The notes under the pieces are model-generated. The model made no database searches. It was not told the DNA's origin and worked only from the letters and a program-made list of their open reading frames with translations. A stretch of 60,968 nucleotides of DNA, from the IMG/VR virus record IMGVR_UViG_3300025886_000021, positions 1 to 60,968 of that record. One strand, given 5' to 3'. Numbering within the stretch: the first letter of the stretch is position 1; every line of letters starts with the position of its first letter. The position numbers and the translations under genes were made by a program. This document shows positions 57,385-60,968 of the stretch, piece after piece. Source of the stretch: a virus. Taxonomy: Duplodnaviria; Caudoviricetes.

Positions 57385-59387
57385 TAATCTCTGCTAAATC
57401 TTGGATTATCAATGCGATCCTGATCTATCCATGTTTTCATCGAGTTACGAGACTGTTCCTGCTCTTCTGGTGTAGGAGGTACAAATTTACTCATTGACGC
57501 TCGGAAGTCATGTGCTTTAAAAAATAAATCTCTAACTTGATCTTTGCTTAATTGATTGAGAGCTTTATATAGAGGACGATTTTGACTATAATCTATTTGT
57601 ATGTTTTGTTTTTTAAGATATGCTTCAATAAAACGTTTATAAGCATCATCTTCTTTTGATTGATATGACATACCTCTCATATCTCTGTCTTTTGACATAA
57701 AGTCTTGACGACTCAATTTTTCTTTTTCTGGTTTAGAATATGATCGTAAATCTATGCGATTGGTAATAACATCTGGAATCTTTAACCATGGTGTATCTGT
57801 AAATTCATCAGCAAAGTCAGGACCCATATCATCGTCTGCAGACATAAGTGCTTGAGATTTTTCTGGATCACTCATTGTGTTCCATATTTCTTCTTCATTG
57901 TATTCAAACATTAAAATTCTTGCTCGTTGTGTTTCTTCTTTAAGAATTTTTCTATACAAAGGCCATTGTTCAATCATTTCTTTTAATTCATCAACCGCTA
58001 AATCATTGTTAGTATCAGATTCCATATCTTGCCTTGGGTTTACAGTTACTGTTGGGAAATATTTATACAATGTCTTGTATGTATTTTGTCCTACAATACC
58101 ATCAACAGTTAATTTATTATCTCGTTGAAATTTCTTAACAGCTGTTTGAGTTTCTGATTTAAATTTACCATCCGCTCCATGTTTAGGTAAAATTTTATCT
58201 CCATATAAATTTATTAGTTTCAATTGTATATTTTTTACGTCAGGTCCAGTCGATCCATAACGCAATAATGGTAATTGAGATATTGTTTGCGGACGTTGTG
58301 TGTCAATTTCAGTTTCTTTGTCTGTATTTGGAGTAGTTGTAACATTTACAAACTTTTTCAGCTTCATTATAGGAACTAAGACCGGTCCAGGTTTTAAACC
58401 TGCTACGGCATCTTCTGCAGACATATCTATTTTTTCTAACTCAGCTTTTGTAACTGATGTTAACTTACCACTTACCGGTAAACCATGTTCACGTTGATAT
58501 TTTTTAAGCAAATCTCTTGTTTTTGGACCAAACTTTCCGTCAATACCCGAAGTACCTAATGGTGCGGTAGTGTATAATACTGCTAACTGATTTTGTAATT
58601 TTCTTACAGCTTTTCCACTATCCCCATATTGTAATACATTGGATTTCGTAGAAACTGCATCACTAGCCCCAGGAGTAAGTCTTAAATTTATATGTATATG
58701 ATTACCTTCATCTAATGCCTTATAAGCGTATTTTGATTTTCCGCTATTAACCCACGTTTTAATTGGTTCAAAATATTTGTTTCCTTTTACGATGTTAAGA
58801 TCAACCGCGGTATTCTTAAGGTGCCGAGATATGGTCATTGCAGACTGAGTAATAAATTTTTCTACTTCATCTAATGCCGTAGTCAGATTAGACGGCGAGA
58901 TCGTAGTTGTACCTGGAGTATAATAACTTGAAAATATTTTACTTATTTTGCCACCATTTCGACCGTATAAACCATTAAGATATCCAAATCGATACTGAGG
59001 CTTGCGCCTAAGCCAATTGACATACATTACTCGACCTTGATTATATGGATCTCGATATGCAGAAGTAATATCTACGTCAATACCGAATTTGGTCTTTAGT
59101 TCTGCTTTAAACTTCAACCAAAGTTCCCGGAATTTTAGTTGAACAAATTTAACACCGGTGTAAGTCTTGTTTTTATCTACACCGGCCGGCTCCCATTTTG
59201 ATTCATTTATAATTGGGTTCAAATCATCTTCTATTAATTGTTGTTTTGATTCTGTTAAATAGCTAGAAACCATACTTTTTATTACACCTGCTACTTCTTT
59301 GTCACTCTTACCATATAATGGATGAGCTGGCTGTTTATACCCACTTATAAGTGCTTTAATTTTATCTAGCAATGCTTCTGTAATCAT
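57384..59387 (-). CDS. Peptidoglycan hydrolase: M15-like Zn peptidase, two PG-binding domains and an extra C-terminal module
   Basis: ITSAYR, SRH-x6-D and HIH motifs; LQYGDSGKAVRKLQ...DGKFGPKT and LRYGSTGPDVKNIQ...DGIVGQNT. Confidence 0.85.
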   Translation of the reverse strand: MITEALLDKIKALISGYKQPAHPLYGKSDKEVAGVIKSMVSSYLTESKQQLIEDDLNPIINESKWEPAGVDKNKTYTGVKFVQLKFRELWLKFKAELKTKFGIDVDITSAYRDPYNQGRVMYVNWLRRKPQYRFGYLNGLYGRNGGKISKIFSSYYTPGTTTISPSNLTTALDEVEKFITQSAMTISRHLKNTAVDLNIVKGNKYFEPIKTWVNSGKSKYAYKALDEGNHIHINLRLTPGASDAVSTKSNVLQYGDSGKAVRKLQNQLAVLYTTAPLGTSGIDGKFGPKTRDLLKKYQREHGLPVSGKLTSVTKAELEKIDMSAEDAVAGLKPGPVLVPIMKLKKFVNVTTTPNTDKETEIDTQRPQTISQLPLLRYGSTGPDVKNIQLKLINLYGDKILPKHGADGKFKSETQTAVKKFQRDNKLTVDGIVGQNTYKTLYKYFPTVTVNPRQDMESDTNNDLAVDELKEMIEQWPLYRKILKEETQRARILMFEYNEEEIWNTMSDPEKSQALMSADDDMGPDFADEFTDTPWLKIPDVITNRIDLRSYSKPEKEKLSRQDFMSKDRDMRGMSYQSKEDDAYKRFIEAYLKKQNIQIDYSQNRPLYKALNQLSKDQVRDLFFKAHDFRASMSKFVPPTPEEQEQSRNSMKTWIDQDRIDNPRFSRD

Positions 59388-59626
59388 GTAAAAAACTCTG
59401 CTAATTGTTGTGATACTTTATATGCCTGGTCATCATCCATGCCTTTTGTGGCACTACGATACGCTTTAACTACTTCATTGAAAGCAGATACTACTGCAGA
59501 GTCTGGTTCAAACTCAACTTCATTTAAATTGGCTCGATGTTTTGCTGTTGAGTCAGCAAGTGTCGGTAAGCTCCCATCGGAGTTACGCTCCCAAGCATAT
59601 CCTTCTAGTAGTTGTTTTAGTTTCAT
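59384..59626 (-). CDS. Small leader-bearing hypothetical protein
   Basis: MKLKQLLEG...LPTLAD...NLNE. Confidence 0.6.
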   Translation of the reverse strand: MKLKQLLEGYAWERNSDGSLPTLADSTAKHRANLNEVEFEPDSAVVSAFNEVVKAYRSATKGMDDDQAYKVSQQLAEFFT

Positions 59627-60135
59627 TTACTCTGTCCGTAATTGCTATCATACCCCGCTGTATCAGGTGGGGTTGTATTAGGTTCCGTCGCGTACTTCCT
59701 CTTATACTCTGTTTCTGCAAACTTATATGCTTTGGAATTGACTATGCGGTTCCACTGTGATTGGGATAATGTGTTTTCAACCGCTTTTCTAATATCCATA
59801 ATAATGCTTTCTGAAAACCTTGTCGTATTTAAAACCGAAGTTGCATACATCCCTGCATCTGCAGTTTGTGTAGTATCATCTCCTTTCGATAATGCGTCAT
59901 AGTCGACTTGCGTCAAGTTTTCCGCTGCTTTTCTAACCCTAGGGTCACTTTCCTCAGCTGATTTAGTTTTAATATTCTGCAGAGAAGCAGGAGCTTGGTT
60001 CCCATCTCCACCATATTGTTGTAAAGCCATGCGTATAAAATCTAAATTTATATCTCGGTTGTAAGTGCTTTCAATACTTTCTTTAAGATTCTTGGTACCA
60101 AATCTTCTCATGTTTTCTCGTAATATGTTTTTCAT
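59623..60135 (-). CDS. MKNIL-leader protein 3 (putative virion cargo)
   Basis: MKNILRENMRRFGTKNLKES; promoter motif at 60161-60168 and AAGGA RBS. Confidence 0.8.
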   Translation of the reverse strand: MKNILRENMRRFGTKNLKESIESTYNRDINLDFIRMALQQYGGDGNQAPASLQNIKTKSAEESDPRVRKAAENLTQVDYDALSKGDDTTQTADAGMYATSVLNTTRFSESIIMDIRKAVENTLSQSQWNRIVNSKAYKFAETEYKRKYATEPNTTPPDTAGYDSNYGQSK

Positions 60136-60207
60136 TGTTTCCTTTAAGGGTTTTATTTATTATAAATATAGTACGTTGTAAAAAGAACGCTAGTACGCCC
60201 TTTCAGG

Positions 60208-60678
60208 TCATACTTGAATACGTGCGGCAATTAATGGGGCAACATAATCTAATACAGTAACTTTAGAGCCGTTACTCGAAGCATGGGGGTATTTGTTAGG
60301 AACATCATTTCCTTCAATACCAGCTCCACGATAATCATGTACCGGATGCCTCCACATATTTGCAGCCGGTATTCCTCGAAGTGAAGGCGGCTTATAAGGT
60401 TCAATTGCATATATTTTTTCAGGTTGTATATACGCACTATATGTTTTGGTGTCACTAACCGATCGGCTATACAATATGAGAGCAGCAGGTTTATTTTCTT
60501 CAAGATACTTGATTATGGCTTGCATTTGCGTGTATTTAAATGCTACAACGGTGAATTGAGTCATACCACGTTGTATTCTAGCAGCTTGTTGTGCAACCGA
60601 TTCATATTTTGTTAAACCACTAACAAATACTACTACGGGTTGATTTTGTTCCGTTAATATGTCGGCTAATTTAATCAT
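60208..60678 (-). CDS. Leader-bearing protein, alpha/beta-hydrolase-like pattern
   Basis: MIKLADILTEQ; VVFVSGL, ILYSRS and YAIEP motifs. Confidence 0.55.
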   Translation of the reverse strand: MIKLADILTEQNQPVVVFVSGLTKYESVAQQAARIQRGMTQFTVVAFKYTQMQAIIKYLEENKPAALILYSRSVSDTKTYSAYIQPEKIYAIEPYKPPSLRGIPAANMWRHPVHDYRGAGIEGNDVPNKYPHASSNGSKVTVLDYVAPLIAARIQV

Positions 60679-60947
60679 ACAGGTTCATATCCAGTTTCTT
60701 CTTCATCCGGGTCATCATATTGTAATCCCGGATCACTTTCAGTGTCGTCATCAGTATCATATGTATCGGGTTCAGCCATGCCATCGGCAGTCCCCGGATG
60801 CAGATGATGATGTTGCCACATATCTTTTACGTCTTCCGGTTCGTCGTCACTAATAGTTATATTTTTTACACGTCGCATTGCGTCGACGGTGATTGGTAAG
60901 CTACCTTCGGCTTTTAATTGGTTCAATATGTCGGCTAATCTAATCAT
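60675..60947 (-). CDS. Small acidic leader-bearing protein
   Basis: MIRLADILNQ; about 25 bp at the start are nearly identical to the start of 60208-60678. Confidence 0.6.
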   Translation of the reverse strand: MIRLADILNQLKAEGSLPITVDAMRRVKNITISDDEPEDVKDMWQHHHLHPGTADGMAEPDTYDTDDDTESDPGLQYDDPDEEETGYEPV

Positions 60948-60968
60948 ACAACATCCGCGATACCCGTC

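Noticed and set aside
5526-60168. Plus-strand TATAAATA as canonical T4 late promoters driving antisense RNA
   Set aside because: The motif consistently sits just upstream of opposite-strand starts and flips with gene orientation, so the TATTTATA reading is more parsimonious.
1281-60853. Numerous short plus-strand and nested ORFs in the track (e.g. 1367-1627, 9025-9384, 18201-18572, 49493-49933, 53446-53838)
   Set aside because: Antisense or alternate-frame shadows of well-supported genes, lacking promoter, RBS or motif support.
1-60968. Stop-codon reassignment
   Set aside because: Core genes are intact and densely packed under the standard code, and TAA, TGA and TAG all end genes.
1-60968. 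tRNA/rRNA genes, introns or inteins
   Set aside because: Intergenic gaps are short and AT-rich with no cloverleaf or T-loop seen; terminase, portal, capsid and primase are uninterrupted and of normal size. Checked by eye only.

Overview
AT-rich segment of a large T4-like (myovirus) phage, very probably infecting Bacteroidota. The host inference rests on bS21, an Hc1-like histone, a DUF4494-like protein and Gln-at-+1 signal peptides. Nearly all genes are on the minus strand. Left to right: a partial tail fibre, neck/tail-terminator genes (gp15/gp14/gp13-like), PhoH, and the head module (gp23, gp22, gp21, gp20, gp17) with ribosomal protein bS21 inside it. Then come probable internal-head polyproteins, a fused gp47-gp46 (Mre11-Rad50), primase, a T7 endonuclease I-like resolvase, a minimal protein kinase and a long baseplate block (gp6, gp25, gp5-like). 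The right end holds a gp55-like sigma factor, an HD protein, UvsE and an accessory region. The most unusual element is a tandem array (50401-53405) of repeat-bounded convergent cassettes. Each pairs a late-promoter gene carrying a constant MKNILSENMxRFGTKNLxE leader and a variable body with a signal-peptide gene under a host-type promoter, which resembles a virion-loaded effector/partner system. Other signals: a family of leader-bearing cargo proteins, SD-rich late genes beside bS21 and a bS6-like neighbour, an ATATTTATA promoter motif, a structured capsid-operon leader, a candidate -1 frameshift, and [ST][GAS]S triads throughout the virion proteins. All assignments come from motif recognition by eye; no searches were run.
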